From the NCBI RefSeq assembly GCF_018977255.1, contig NW_024704754.1, positions 18,848,001 through 18,912,000 of the forward strand: a stretch of 64,000 bases of DNA. The letters are read 5' to 3'. The position numbers were made by a program, and so were the translations under genes. Of the stretch, positions 23,283 to 34,299 are shown one piece after another. The first letter of the stretch is position 1, and each line of letters opens with the position of its first letter. The stretch is from Callorhinchus milii (lineage: Eukaryota). The notes under the pieces were generated by a model. It was not told where the DNA came from and ran no database searches. It saw nothing but the letters and a program-made list of their open reading frames with translations.

Positions 23283-26033
23283 AGTGCCTCTGTTTACCCA
23301 GCAGTCAGGACAGGAGGTGGGATTGGGGTAATGTTGTTGACGTGATGTCTGTCTGCTGTAGGACCTGATGGCGGACCTGAAATCTGAGTTGGGCGGAAAC
23401 TTAGGGCGAGTGATCCTGGCACTGATGATGCCACCAGAGCAGTTTGACGCCAAGCAACTGCGTAAAGCCATCGAGGTGAGAGACACGCGGCGGGGGTGGT
23501 GGGGGGTGGGGTCAGGGATAGGAACATAGGCACAGGAGGAGGCCATTCAGCCCCCGAGCCTGTTACGCTATTCTATTAGATCATGGCTGATCTGTACCTC
23601 AACTCCAAGGCGAGGCTGGGGTGGGGCAGCTACCGGCAGTGTGTGTGTGTTTCAAATGCTGTGAGCCCCTACCCTGCGTGGGGGGGGGCCTATATAAATG
23701 AACGTTGTTGTTGTTGTGCAGGGTGTGGGCACTGACGAGCGGGCGTTGATCGAAATCCTCACCACGAAAACCAACACGGAGATAAACCGGCTCAGAGAGG
23801 CGTATACAGAGGGTGAGTGGCCGGGGCTGATCGGAGGCTTTACCAGTGAGAGCGAGAGGTGTTAGAGTGACACAGCCCCCTCTCTCTCTCTCTCTCTCTC
23901 CCCCGCAGGCTATCACCGAAGCCTGGAGGAGGACATCGAGTCCGACACGTCCGGTCACTTCCAGCGGCTCTTGGTCTCCCTGGTGCAGGTACAGCCCCCC
24001 ACCTCCCCTCCCACCACAGTGTGTGGTTACCACTTAGCCACCCCCAGGCCACCATGTCCGCGCCCCCCCCACGCCCCCAGCGACGTTGATTCCCCCCCAT
24101 CCCACACAATCACCCCCCCGCCAGCTTTGCCCTCGGACCCCCTGCGCCCCGGCGATAGTTTCTCACTGTGCCTCTTCGCCTCAGGGGAACCGTGAGGAGG
24201 GGGACGCTGACCTGACCCGAGCCATGGAGGACGCAAAGGTAATGGAACCACACTGAGAGCGGGAAGACGGAACGAGGGAAGCGGGAATCTCCAGGGGGAG
24301 CGAGTGGGCTGATGTGGTGTGATACTGAGAGCAGTGAAGCTGCTGACACTGAGCTGACATCTCTGTGTCTCTCTCTCTCTCTCTCTCTCTCTATGTCTCT
24401 CTCTCTCTCACCATCTCTTTCACCTCTCTCAGGTGCTGTCTGGAGCTGGTGATGACGACTCCGATTCAATGGAATCAAAGTTTATCAGTGTTCTGTGCAC
24501 CAGGAGCTTCCCCCACCTCAAGAGAGGTACGTGTGTGTGTGTGTGTGGTTGGGGGGGAGTGGGAGATGGGGAGGTATGTGTGTGTATGTGGGGGTGGGAG
24601 GGGAATGACAAGATACGTGTGGGGGAAGGGGGAGGTACGTGCGGGTAGATGGGTCAGTCTCTCATTGTAGCCCCTGTCTGGTCGGTGATGGGGGGTAGGA
24701 GTGGGGTGTCGCGATTGCCTCAGTGACCGACTCTTTCCCACGTTCAGTGTTTCAGGATTACATTAAACTAACCAACCGCGACATCGAGCAAACCATCAGG
24801 AACGACATCTCCGGGGACCTGAGGAACTCTCTGTACGCCATCGGTGAGTCACTGTGGGTGGGGGGGTGGGGAGGGGCACGGGGAGTGGGAGTGGGGGGCA
24901 GCGACATACTATGACGGGCGCCAACAAGACTTAAAACCACGTCTGCATGTCCATGATCTCCTGACACTTGGTAAGGAGGAAGGAGTTACTCTCTCCTGGT
25001 GTCCTGGTCAACATTCCCCACAAATACACAGTCACTACACTTGGGTGTAAGATCAACGCAGGGATTAACGTGCTGACCTCTCTCTCTCTCTCTCTCTCTC
25101 TCTAGTCCGTTGTATTAAGAATAAACCAGTGTTCTTTGCTGATCGCTTGTACAAGTCAATGAAGGTAATTTCTCAGCCTGTGTGGATTCAGGCTCAGTTC
25201 ACCTCTCAGCCAGTGGGGGGCAGTGTTAGAGTGTCCCTTCGGGGCGGAGGAGCCGGTCCAGGGATTCTTTTTCCCCCCAAAATTAACCAAACCACTCAAG
25301 AGGAAATGATTATTGTTAACTGATTTTTGGGGGGTCAGCCGGGTGTCTGACATGTGCGGAAACCCATCACCGTTGCTCGAGGGTCTCCAAACCCAAGCTG
25401 AGAATTCCAGGCATCCCATCTACAACAACAACAACAACAACAAGATTCCATTTATAAAGCGCCTTTCACGTCAGGAGGACGTCCCAAGGCGCTGACATGG
25501 AATGGTTGTTGGAATGGGAAGCTCTCTCTCTCCCTCTCTCTCCCTGGAGGGATGCATCCTGCTTACCTAATTCCAGATAGTATGAGGCGCAAGTTGGCAA
25601 AAGCCAAGGCTTGGGAGGGAGTCCAGAATGTGCGTTGGGGTATCTGCTGGAGTCTAACCAGCTAAACCCACGCAGCTTGCCATTGATATCGCTTGATAAT
25701 TGATCATTACTGATTGATTAATTGATTATTATTAATTATTACTGATATTGTTTGTTATTAGGGCGCTGGGACGGATGACAAGACCCTTATCCGGATTATG
25801 GTGTCCCGAAGCGAGATTGATTTACTGAACATCCGCAAGGAGTTTAAGGACATGTTTGACATCTCGCTCCACGCCTGCATCGAGGTGAGTCTCGTCACTG
25901 CCCACGCAGTTCCGGAACGTTCTTTGGGTGGGAATTCGGAGACCGGGTTTAATCGGTGTCTTTTGTCCCCCAGGGAGACTGCTCGGGCGACTACTCCCGG
26001 GTCCTGCTCACGCTGTGTGGAGGCGAAGACTAG
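17184..26033 (+). CDS. ANXA6: Annexin A6 (eight annexin repeats), copy 1; apparently intact apart from two N-masked exon starts
   Basis: ATG at 17184 (MSAKGK). Exons include 18750-18846 ([29 protein letters not shown]), 19054-19148, 19790-19903 ([18 protein letters not shown]), 20096-20186, ~20560-20633, 20892-20948, 21040-21133, 21486-21580, 21684-21742, ~22080-22193, 22290-22348, 22497-22575 (linker [20 protein letters not shown], diagnostic of ANXA6), 22728-22809, 22943-23037, 23362-23475, 23722-23812, 23909-23988, 24185-24238, 24433-24526, ~24747-24844, 25106-25164, 25762-25884 and 25974-26033 (LLTLCGGED*). Confidence 0.96.
18040..18098. promoter_or_regulatory. Candidate muscle enhancer in an ANXA6 intron (two MEF2 consensus sites plus an E-box)
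   Basis: TTATATATAA at 18040-18049 and CTATTTATAA at 18073-18082 both fit YTAWWWWTAR; CAGCTG at 18093-18098. Duplicated at ~35156-35214. Confidence 0.4.
18364..18700 (+). repeat. ~75-80 bp minisatellite (GGGAATGGGGTTAGAGTAGAGAGCTCCAGTGGGGGAGCGAGCCCCAGCACAGACACGATGGGGAGAGAG...), about 4.5 copies
   Basis: Tandem units directly visible; the same array occurs at 35481-35820 and an inverted array at 52860-53090. Confidence 0.9.
19300..19740 (+). mobile_element. CR1 LINE 3' fragment (ORF2 C-terminus plus 3' UTR)
   Basis: Encodes [13 protein letters not shown]...TRGHNLKI...[37 protein letters not shown], followed by the CR1 tail gatcagccacgattgaatggcgg...ggccgaatggcctcctcctgctcct. Duplicate at ~36420-36860. 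Confidence 0.88.
25345..25665 (+). repeat. Unclassified interspersed repeat interrupted by an L2/SINE-tail insertion
   Basis: Matches 58550-58810 (gtctgacatg.gcggaaacccatcacc.ttgctg...tgcttacctaattc...aggcgca.gttggcaa.agcc.aggcttggg) and a reverse fragment at 3050-3125. Confidence 0.7.
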
Positions 26034-26103
26034 AAGGTCCCGGAACACTGTGCCGTCAACGTGTTCCCCAAGTTTGAAACCGTCCCCCAGTGTGTCACTG
26101 CGC

Positions 26104-26167
26104 TAACCAGTCCCGGTCACTGTGTCCCCATTAACCAGTCCCGGTCACTGTGTCCCCATTAACCAGT
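26104..26167 (+). repeat. 28-bp tandem repeat (AACCAGTCCCGGTCACTGTGTCCCCATT) in the ANXA6 3' UTR; its next unit lies inverted at 27776-27803
   Basis: Two units plus a partial unit on the + strand; actggttaacggggacacagtgaccggg at 27776-27803 is the reverse complement of the next unit. Confidence 0.85.
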
Positions 26168-28014
26168 CATTCCCCATCATCCTGACTGTGAGGCCAATAC
26201 TGGATGTTGCTTTGTCACAGAAAAAGGGGTGGGTGGTGGTGGGGGGGAATGAGATCAAATAGACCAAAGAGTCTTCTTCACTTCAATCTGTTGTGGGGTG
26301 TGGGGGTGTGTGGGTGGGTGAGTATCTGGTCAAATCATTTGCCCAAAAAATACAGTCACTTCTCCACTTTACAATATATCCCGGGAAGCGTTTCAACAAC
26401 GTGATAAGGCACTGTATCAAATGCAAGGTCATTATTATTGGAGTTGGTCTCATTTCACCTCGGTGGAGGTGGGAAGGGAGAGGGGGAGCAGTGTGAAGCT
26501 CTCAGCACTCCCCAGGCTCGGGAGGAGGCAGTCAGCATTCCCAGTGAATGCGGCCAGGATTTTGGGAGAGTTGAGGCTTGGGCTCCACAGCTCCCCACCC
26601 CCTCACTGTAGTGAAGGAGCAGCCCTGGTTGCTGGCTGTGGGGTTCTCCTCCCCCGGTGTGAAACGCACTGGCTCTGGGGGAGACCATGAGCTGAGATTT
26701 CCTCTTTTACACAATTCCTCTTCTACTCACACTGCACTCACTCCACTGGCTGCCGCATTGACTCATGAATAAGTCACGACAATTGGACCGCAAGTCTTTA
26801 CTTCTCTTTCTCTCATTCTTTCTTCCACCCCCACCTATTTCTGTCTCTCTCTCCGTGTGTCTATCTATCTCTATCCGTCTGTCTGCAGTCTATTTTGTGA
26901 AGTGCTTCGAGACATCTCCGAGATATAGAAACAGGAGTAGGCTATTGATACGGTTGTGATAAAGTGCTTGTATGAAATGCAAGGCTTATTATTATTACGT
27001 GTCAAGTTCCTCAGTCTGGTCTGTACTTCTGACAGGAACCAGAGACGAGCTTTTAGCTACAGAAGTGAAACCAGTGAAGTGAGAAGAGGAACCAGGCTGG
27101 GACGTGCGTACAGGAAACCTCACCATCTCTACTGACAACTGAGCAGCTGACACAGAGCGTCAGAGAGAGGGAGAGATAGAGAAAAGAGAGAGAGAGCAGG
27201 GCAAAGCAGGCACCTGACACACAGCAAAGAGCAGCAGTAACGGGGTTTCAGGGTTTATTGTGTGTTGAGGTGCGTTAGACAGAAACCAGAGAGCGAGTGA
27301 GAGAGAACGGTGATAACAGCAACTCCCAGGCACTGCCTCCACTGTGGGGAGAGATTGCGAGAGAGAGAGAGAGAGAGATGGGAAGGCAGACAGGGAGAGA
27401 TAAGAGGATAGAGAGAGAAAAAGGATGAGAGAGAGAGAGATGGGAAGGGAGAAAGAGACAGGGAGGTAGAGAAAAAAACAGGTCGAGAGGGAGAGAGAGG
27501 AGGTGAAAGTTCCACATTAGGGTAAACATTTCCGGTGCAGGAGACAAACACTCAGGAACGGTATCTGTCACCAGGTGTGGGCTGTCGGTCGCTGTGTGGA
27601 TGGTGTGTTGTGCTGATGTGGGGGCTCCTCAGCCTCTCCATTGTCATCAGGAAGTTGGTGTGGGGGTAGGGGGGGGTGGGGGGGGTGGAGGGGGGGCAAT
27701 AGCTTCTTGCTCATTTCCTCGCTGTGTAGAACAAAGAAAAGGGCGAGGCACAGTTCAGTGGTTGAGGTGACCACAACTGGTTAACGGGGACACAGTGACC
27801 GGGTGTGTGAGAAGGTTGTTGGTTCTGCTGGTGAGGTGGGGGGGAGAGGAAAGGGTGTTTTCGTCTGTACTGTGTGTGTGTGTGGGGAGTTGTTCTGCCT
27901 GTAGTTTGTGTGGTGGGGTGAGGGGGGCGTGGCTATTGTTTCCGCCTGTGATGTGGGGAGGTAGGTGTTGTTCTGCCTGTGTGGTTCCTGTGCTGAGCTG
28001 GTTGTTGTCTGCAG

Positions 28015-30415
28015 ATCCAGGGCTCTGATGGGACGAGGCCAGTGGGGGCGCTGGGCAAGGCCACCAGCTCCAGTGACATGCTGCTGAAGCTGGCTCGTAC
28101 CACCCCTTACTACAAGCGTAACCGCCCCCACATCTGCTCCTTCTGGGTCAAAGGCGAGTGCAAGAGAGGAGAGGAGTGTCCCTACAGGTAAACACAGCCA
28201 CAGTGCTCCCCCCACCCCACCCCCCGGTGGGCAGGAACCTTGCGGTACTCCAAGCCCGTGCTGGGGTTAACCTGTGATCCATCGTTTCTTTCAGTGCCTT
28301 GGGACGTCCTCCTGACGTGAAAGGCGCTTTATAAATGGAATTCTTGTTGTTGTTTTGCTGCTGCGGTCGAAGGGGGAAAAATTCAATACAAATCTGGGGA
28401 AACGCTAGTTCATTGAGCAAATAGTAATCGTATGGAACATTGATTCTTTCAAAAGCAAGTGAGATAGATTTCTGTTAGGAAGTAATACCTGGAGCTACAG
28501 TATATGGTTCGGGACACGACATGTGAAAGAGACGGCCAGGACGGTGGGAGGTGAACTAGATGGACCTTGTCTTTTTGTCCAGCAAATTCTTCTGTTGTTG
28601 TGCTCAGACACGAGAAGCCCACGGACCCTGACGACCCTCTGGCTGACCAGAACATTAAGGACCGTTATTACGGCATCAATGACCCGGTGGCTGACAAGCT
28701 GCTGAAGCGAGCGGCCACCATGCCCGGCTGGACCCCCCGAGGACAGGAGCATCACCACCCTGTATGTGGGGGGGCTCGGAGAGCAGATTTGTGAGACAGA
28801 GCTACGGTGAGTGGCCCACCAACTCCACAGCCCACAGCCTTCTTGCTCCACGCACAGACCTGCCCACTCCACATCCGCGCCCACCTTGCTCTCAGCCGTG
28901 TCCCCTCCCATTCTGCAGCCCTGTCCCCCTTCTGCCCCACATCGCCACCCCATCCCTTTCTGGTTCCCAGCCCCTCCCCCCTCTTCTCCGGCACCCCGCC
29001 CACTGCAGCCCCACCGTTTCGCGCTTCAGAGTGTGTCTGTCTGTCTTGTGAGTTTGTTTGTCTCTGTTAACGTGGGAGTCTTGAGTGACTTTGAATCATC
29101 GCAGTTGCTCTGTGAGGGAGGGAGGGAGGGTGTTTTCGAGGAAGAAGGAATGGAGGGTTTCAGCTTCTATCAGGGGCCAGTGTGTGCACAGGTGTGTTGC
29201 TGATTCCCCTCTGTCTCTCCCCAGGAATCACTTTTACCAGTTTGGGGAGGTCCGGTCGATCACGGTGGTGCAGAGACAGCAATGTGCCTTTATACAGTTT
29301 GCCAGTAGACAGGCCGCAGAGCTCGCTGCTGAGAAATCCTTCAACAAACTCATCATCAACGGCCGCCGGCTCAACGTCAAGTGGGGGAGGTGAGCGTGCG
29401 GCAGGGCAGAGGGAGGGAGAGCACGTGTGTGGGTGGGCGGTGGGGTTGGGTGTGAGAGTGTCCGTGGTTGAATGTGTGTATGTGTGGGAGGGTGAGTCTG
29501 TGTGTATGGTGGGGGCTGAGTGTGTGTGTGTGTGTTGGGGGTTAGTGTGCGGGTGAAAGTGGAGGGGGTCAGTGGGTGTGTTGGGGTGGGGGTGGGGGGC
29601 GTCAGGATGTGTATGTGCGTGTAACCTGACAAAGTATCGCTCTGTTGCTGGCAGGTCACAGGCCGCGCGGGGGAAGGAGAAGGACGGGAGCCCGGAGTCG
29701 GGATGAAGCTGGAGCCGGTGCCGGGGCTGCCAGGAGGTGAGTCTGCCCTTCACCGGGAACCGTCCCGGTCTGGTCTGCTCCGAGAGACCGCGACCCAGGA
29801 CACACGCGCCGTCCGTTCACACACACAGACTGACTGACGGGCATTTGCACACGTTTTGTGTAACGGCCAGAACGACGTGTTCTGACAGTTATCTCTCTCA
29901 CACGCACACTCACTCTCTCACACAATCTCTCTCACACTCTCTCTCACACTCACTCTCTCTCGCTCTCTGCCTCATAGTCCTGCCGCCCCCCGTCTCAGTG
30001 GAGGAGGAAACTCCCCCCAACTTCTTCAACCTGCCGCCCAGCGCCCCGGCCACGGTGATGAACATCTCGTTACCCCCTCCACCACCCGGTAAGTGCCCGA
30101 GCGGCAGCCGTGCGCCGTCGGACCGAGACGTTTCAAAGCGCTTCACGCAATACACTGTAAAGTGCAGTGACTGTTTTGTGGGCTTCCTGTCTGTTCCCAG
30201 GGTGTGAGATGGCTCAGTGCAGCAGCGCTGACTGATTGTTGGTGTGTAACGCTCTTTCTCTCTCTCTCTCTCTCTCCGCAGGGTTCGGGCCCACAGTCTT
30301 CCACTCTATGCCTCCGCCACCTCCACCTTTCCTCCGGGCCCCGGGCCCCATCCACTACCCCTCCCAGGACCCCCAGCGCATGGGAGCTCACACGAACAAG
30401 CCCAACAACGCCTAG
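28015..30415 (+). CDS. RBM22: RBM22 exons 6-11, copy 1; lacks exons 1-5 and carries 1-bp homopolymer indels
   Basis: Same exons as 48711-51109 (CCCH zinc finger [34 protein letters not shown]...[26 protein letters not shown]). Frameshifting C/G-run deletions at ~28723-28738 and ~29700. Confidence 0.85.
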
Positions 30416-31912
30416 CCCCCCCGCACGCCTCACCTTCCCTTTATACCAGTCACGGGGGGGATGCGAGGGGGGGGAGAGAGGGTTTGTGTCGCTCTCGCTC
30501 TGTGCCCCCCCCCCCGCCGTCTTGCTTTTATTTGGGGGTTCCAGTGGTTCCCGTATCGCCGCTCGCTTCCGTGAGGAATGTGTGTTTCCGGAGGTCGCGG
30601 CTGGCAGATCCGTGGGGAACCCGGGTATGTCAGGCTGAGCGGTTCGAGGATGAGAGATTGTTTGCACACGTCTGAACACGTCTGAAGTTTGGACACGTCT
30701 AAATTGTCACCCACCCCCCACCACCCCACCCACCCCCACCCACAACCTCTGTGGCTGCCCGCAGTGCCCTCTGGTGGCAGAGTGGGCAAACCACAGGCTG
30801 GGAAGCTAATGAAATGTGTCAAAATCCGGGCTCCCAACTGTGGGAGTGTCTGACTCTGAGGGTCCCCTCCCCCCGGCCTCCCCCCCCCCGGCCCCCCCCC
30901 CCCCCCGGCCTCCCCCCCCCCCCGGCCTCCCCCCCAATCTAATTAGGTGAAATTCATTTTTGTCACGTGCCCGTGGCTTATTTTATACTGTTGCCTCTCC
31001 CAGCCCCCACCCACTGCCCCGTCCCGTCTCGGTCTCCCTGCAGACCCACTGGGGGAACGGGGAGGTGGGTGTGAGCTGTCGCTGGCGGCTGGTGTCAGCC
31101 AGCGGGGAGCGAGGCAGGGATTGTCTGTCTGTCGGTCTATCTGTCCAGCCACACGTCTAGAACATAAAGAGACGCATCTTTACTAATTCAGCTTGTGCCA
31201 GTCTCTTTCTTGTTGCGGGACAGGTGTCAGGGTTGGAAGGCGGACTGCGCAAACACTGCCGAACTCACCGCCTGCCCTGGGGCTGCGTTCACAGGGGCCG
31301 GGAAGCGGGAAAGATCCTCTCCCTCTCCACAGCCGATTGGAGTTTGGAAAAAGTCACAGGTATGTGTGTGTGTCGTGTCTGTTCGCGTGTGGCTGTCAGT
31401 CACACTCCCTTTGGCAGCCCGACTGGTTTCCTGTGATGCTCAGTGATGTTTTGGGCTGGCTGTCGCCTGGCTCTGAGGGCAATCAGGACTCTGGTTGTTG
31501 CTGTATCTCTTTATTTGCTTCTCGTTCGTGTCTCACTTTGTCGCTTGTCTGCCTCGTGCATTAACACACAACGGTCTGATCGGCCAGGATTCCCGCGGAA
31601 ACCATCCCTAAACGTACGTACCCAGCCGGGTGAGGAACTGTGCTTGAAAAGGAATAATGTGCAGAGCTGTGGGGTCAGAGAGGGGGAGTGGGAGTGGTTG
31701 GACAGCTTTTGCAGGGAGATGGCACAGTCACGATGGGCCAAATGGCCTCCTTCTGTGCTGGGAAGATCATTGAGCCGTCCGGGCCTGGGAATAGTTAATA
31801 TGTGACGGGGAGAGGGGAAAGGAATTGTGGTTAACGTTAACCAAAACTTCGCCCCCTCCTCAGATACACACCCCGGTAATTGCCCCTCCCCACCCTCCCG
31901 CTGGAAGCTGCC

Positions 31913-32100
31913 TCACAACTCAGCAGACTCGGGGATGATGGGGATCCAGCCTCGGGGACGACGGTTTGAAGTTGGGGCGGTTGGCGATGCGTTCGGCTTC
32001 CATCGTCACCGGCTCCACCATCTCCTCGACCAACTCGAAGGCCGGTGGCGGGAAGGACCGGGCAGGGAATAGGGCTGGCGTGCCGAAGGGGGTCGCTACC
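31913..32100 (-). pseudogene. MYOZ3: Duplicate of the MYOZ3 terminal exon only, with a 1-bp insertion
   Basis: Matches 52630-52816 except for an extra T at ~31965 that breaks PNFNRRPRGW. Upstream exons are cut off by the 25-N gap. Confidence 0.8.
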
Positions 32101-32188
32101 CTGAAACAACACAGTGTCTGAGGTCGGGGAGAGCATACATCATATCTCTAACCCCATTCCCTGCTCTCTCTCTCATCGTGTCTGTGCA

Positions 32189-32213
32189 NNNNNNNNNNNN
32201 NNNNNNNNNNNNN
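32189..32213. other. 25-N assembly gap at the exact junction of the two duplicate copies
   Basis: Exactly 25 N; sequence to the left repeats at ~52904 and sequence to the right repeats at ~15134. Confidence 0.95.
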
Positions 32214-34299
32214 TGTCTGTCTGTCTGTGTGTATCTGTGTGTCTGTCCGAAGTGTTTTTTTTTTGTGGGGTTTCGAAGCTGCTTTGGAATTTGATTTATT
32301 CCAAGTTCTCTGACCTGACGTATCAATCCTCACATTTTGTGAAGGCGGCGAAAAAAAACGATTTTGTAAAAGACAAATGTAAAAACCCGATTCAAAAAAA
32401 CGTTTTTTTTCTGTCAATACAACGACAAAAAACTTTTTTTTGTAATTGTAAAGTTTTTTTCCTTAAAAAAGGCTGAGTTTGCGATATTCACTCTCTCCCC
32501 TCGGTGTGGGCGGTGTGGGGTGGGGGGGGGAGATGCTGTCTGACCCTTTATTGCCTCTACCCCCCCACCATCACCCCACACTGAAGCCCTGAGCAATGTG
32601 GGCTTATGTGAGCAACAATAATAATAATAATCCTTCATTTGAAAGCGCCTTATAGTCCTCGAGAGTCTCAAAGGCTTCCAGGATATACTGTAAAGTGTAG
32701 TGACTGTATATTTTGTGGGGAGGGGCAGGATTCTCTGGGTACCTTTATCCCTATTCTACCTCCCCCCCACCCACCCACCACACTGAGAACCTGTTGTTGT
32801 GTGGGTGGGTGATGTCTGGGATTTGCCTGTGGGGTAGTGGTGTGGGGGTGGAGAGGGGGAATTTCAATAGCAGTCGGGTGCGGGAGCCTGCGATTCAAAA
32901 CACTGTCTTGCGAGAAGGTTGAAGGTATCAATACAAGTTGTTCTGTCTCCCTCCCTGCCCCGCCTTGACTGAGCCCAGAGTCAATGTTGCCAAGTGTAGT
33001 GACTGTTAGTTACTAAGCTGTGTCGCCTCACTGCTGTGAGGTTTGCTGAAAACGCAGCGAATTGTCTTAAACACCCCCTCCATCATCCTATTGACAGCCG
33101 GGCAGATAATGCGATCGATCGATCATCATTGCCGCATTTCATTCTGCATCCCACCTGCATTGGTGCTGCATTGGCGCTGCATTGGCGCAGGAACAGCCCC
33201 GTTGGATGCTGCAGTTTAGCAACTGCTGCACGTTGGGTTATAATGAAATGCACAGGAGATGTCAGTCTCCCTCTCGAGGCGGATGTTAAAGATCTTGCTT
33301 TGTGACTGGAAAAGAGAAGGGAGTCTCTCTCTCTCTCTCACCCGCCCGGTGTCCAGGCCGACAAACCCACAGATTCATCAATAATTCACTCTGACCTTGT
33401 GGCAAATTGGCTGCCAAATCTGCTTAACACACGCACGCACACACACACAAATAAACGCGCGCGCCACACACACACACACACACACACATATACGCACGCA
33501 CGAGCACACACATGTACACAGTCACTAACAGTCACTAACAATTGACAGTGATTCCCTGTGGAGCGCTTAGCGATGTCTCAGTGTTAAAGACACTGCTTGC
33601 TGGTGCTCGCTCCGCCACTGGAGCGCTCTACTCTAATCCCATTACCTGCGCTCTCCCCAGGGTGTCCAGCTACTCTGCCATCACCCTCTGGAACTTCACC
33701 CCACAGTCCCTCCAACCCGCCCCCTCCCTTGCCTCCTTCTAGACCCATCTCAAGACCTCCTCTTCAACCGTGCCTTAGATCACCCTCCAGCTTTCCCAAT
33801 CCCGACCCCCCATCTCGGGTCTGAAACACTGACTGTTCAGCGCCTCGGGAGTCCTCCCGCGTGAAAGGCGCTCTATACGCGTCATTTTGTTGTTGTTATT
33901 GTTGTTTGCTTCCCCCACTGGAGCTCTCAACTCTAATCCCAGCAACATGCTGTCTGTGTATCTTTGATATGGTTTGTCAGTCACTAATCCGATTCCTGTT
34001 AACGATGACATTCTGGGTTGAGATACACCAGACCCTTGTGCTATAACCTGCCCCTGGCTGGCGGGGGTGGGGGCGAAATTAGATATTGAGGATAAAGTAC
34101 CGTTTAATGAGCAGTGGGAATATCAGTGTGATGTGAGCCCAGGCATTGCTCTGGTGATCTCCCCCCCCCACCGCCCCCACCCCAGGCGTTCTCACTCACA
34201 GCCTTTATGAAGCTGCGTAAATAATTCAAACGCTTTATTTTACTTTTCCGGCAGATTGTTCCCACTCACAGTACAATCCCTTCTCCATTCCGGTGAAAG

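Larger units (their letters stand above)
15134..32188 (+). repeat. Copy 1 of a near-identical ~17 kb direct duplication
   Basis: 15134-26169 matches ~32261-43340 and 27804-32188 matches ~48483-52904 almost base for base, including introns. Confidence 0.95.
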
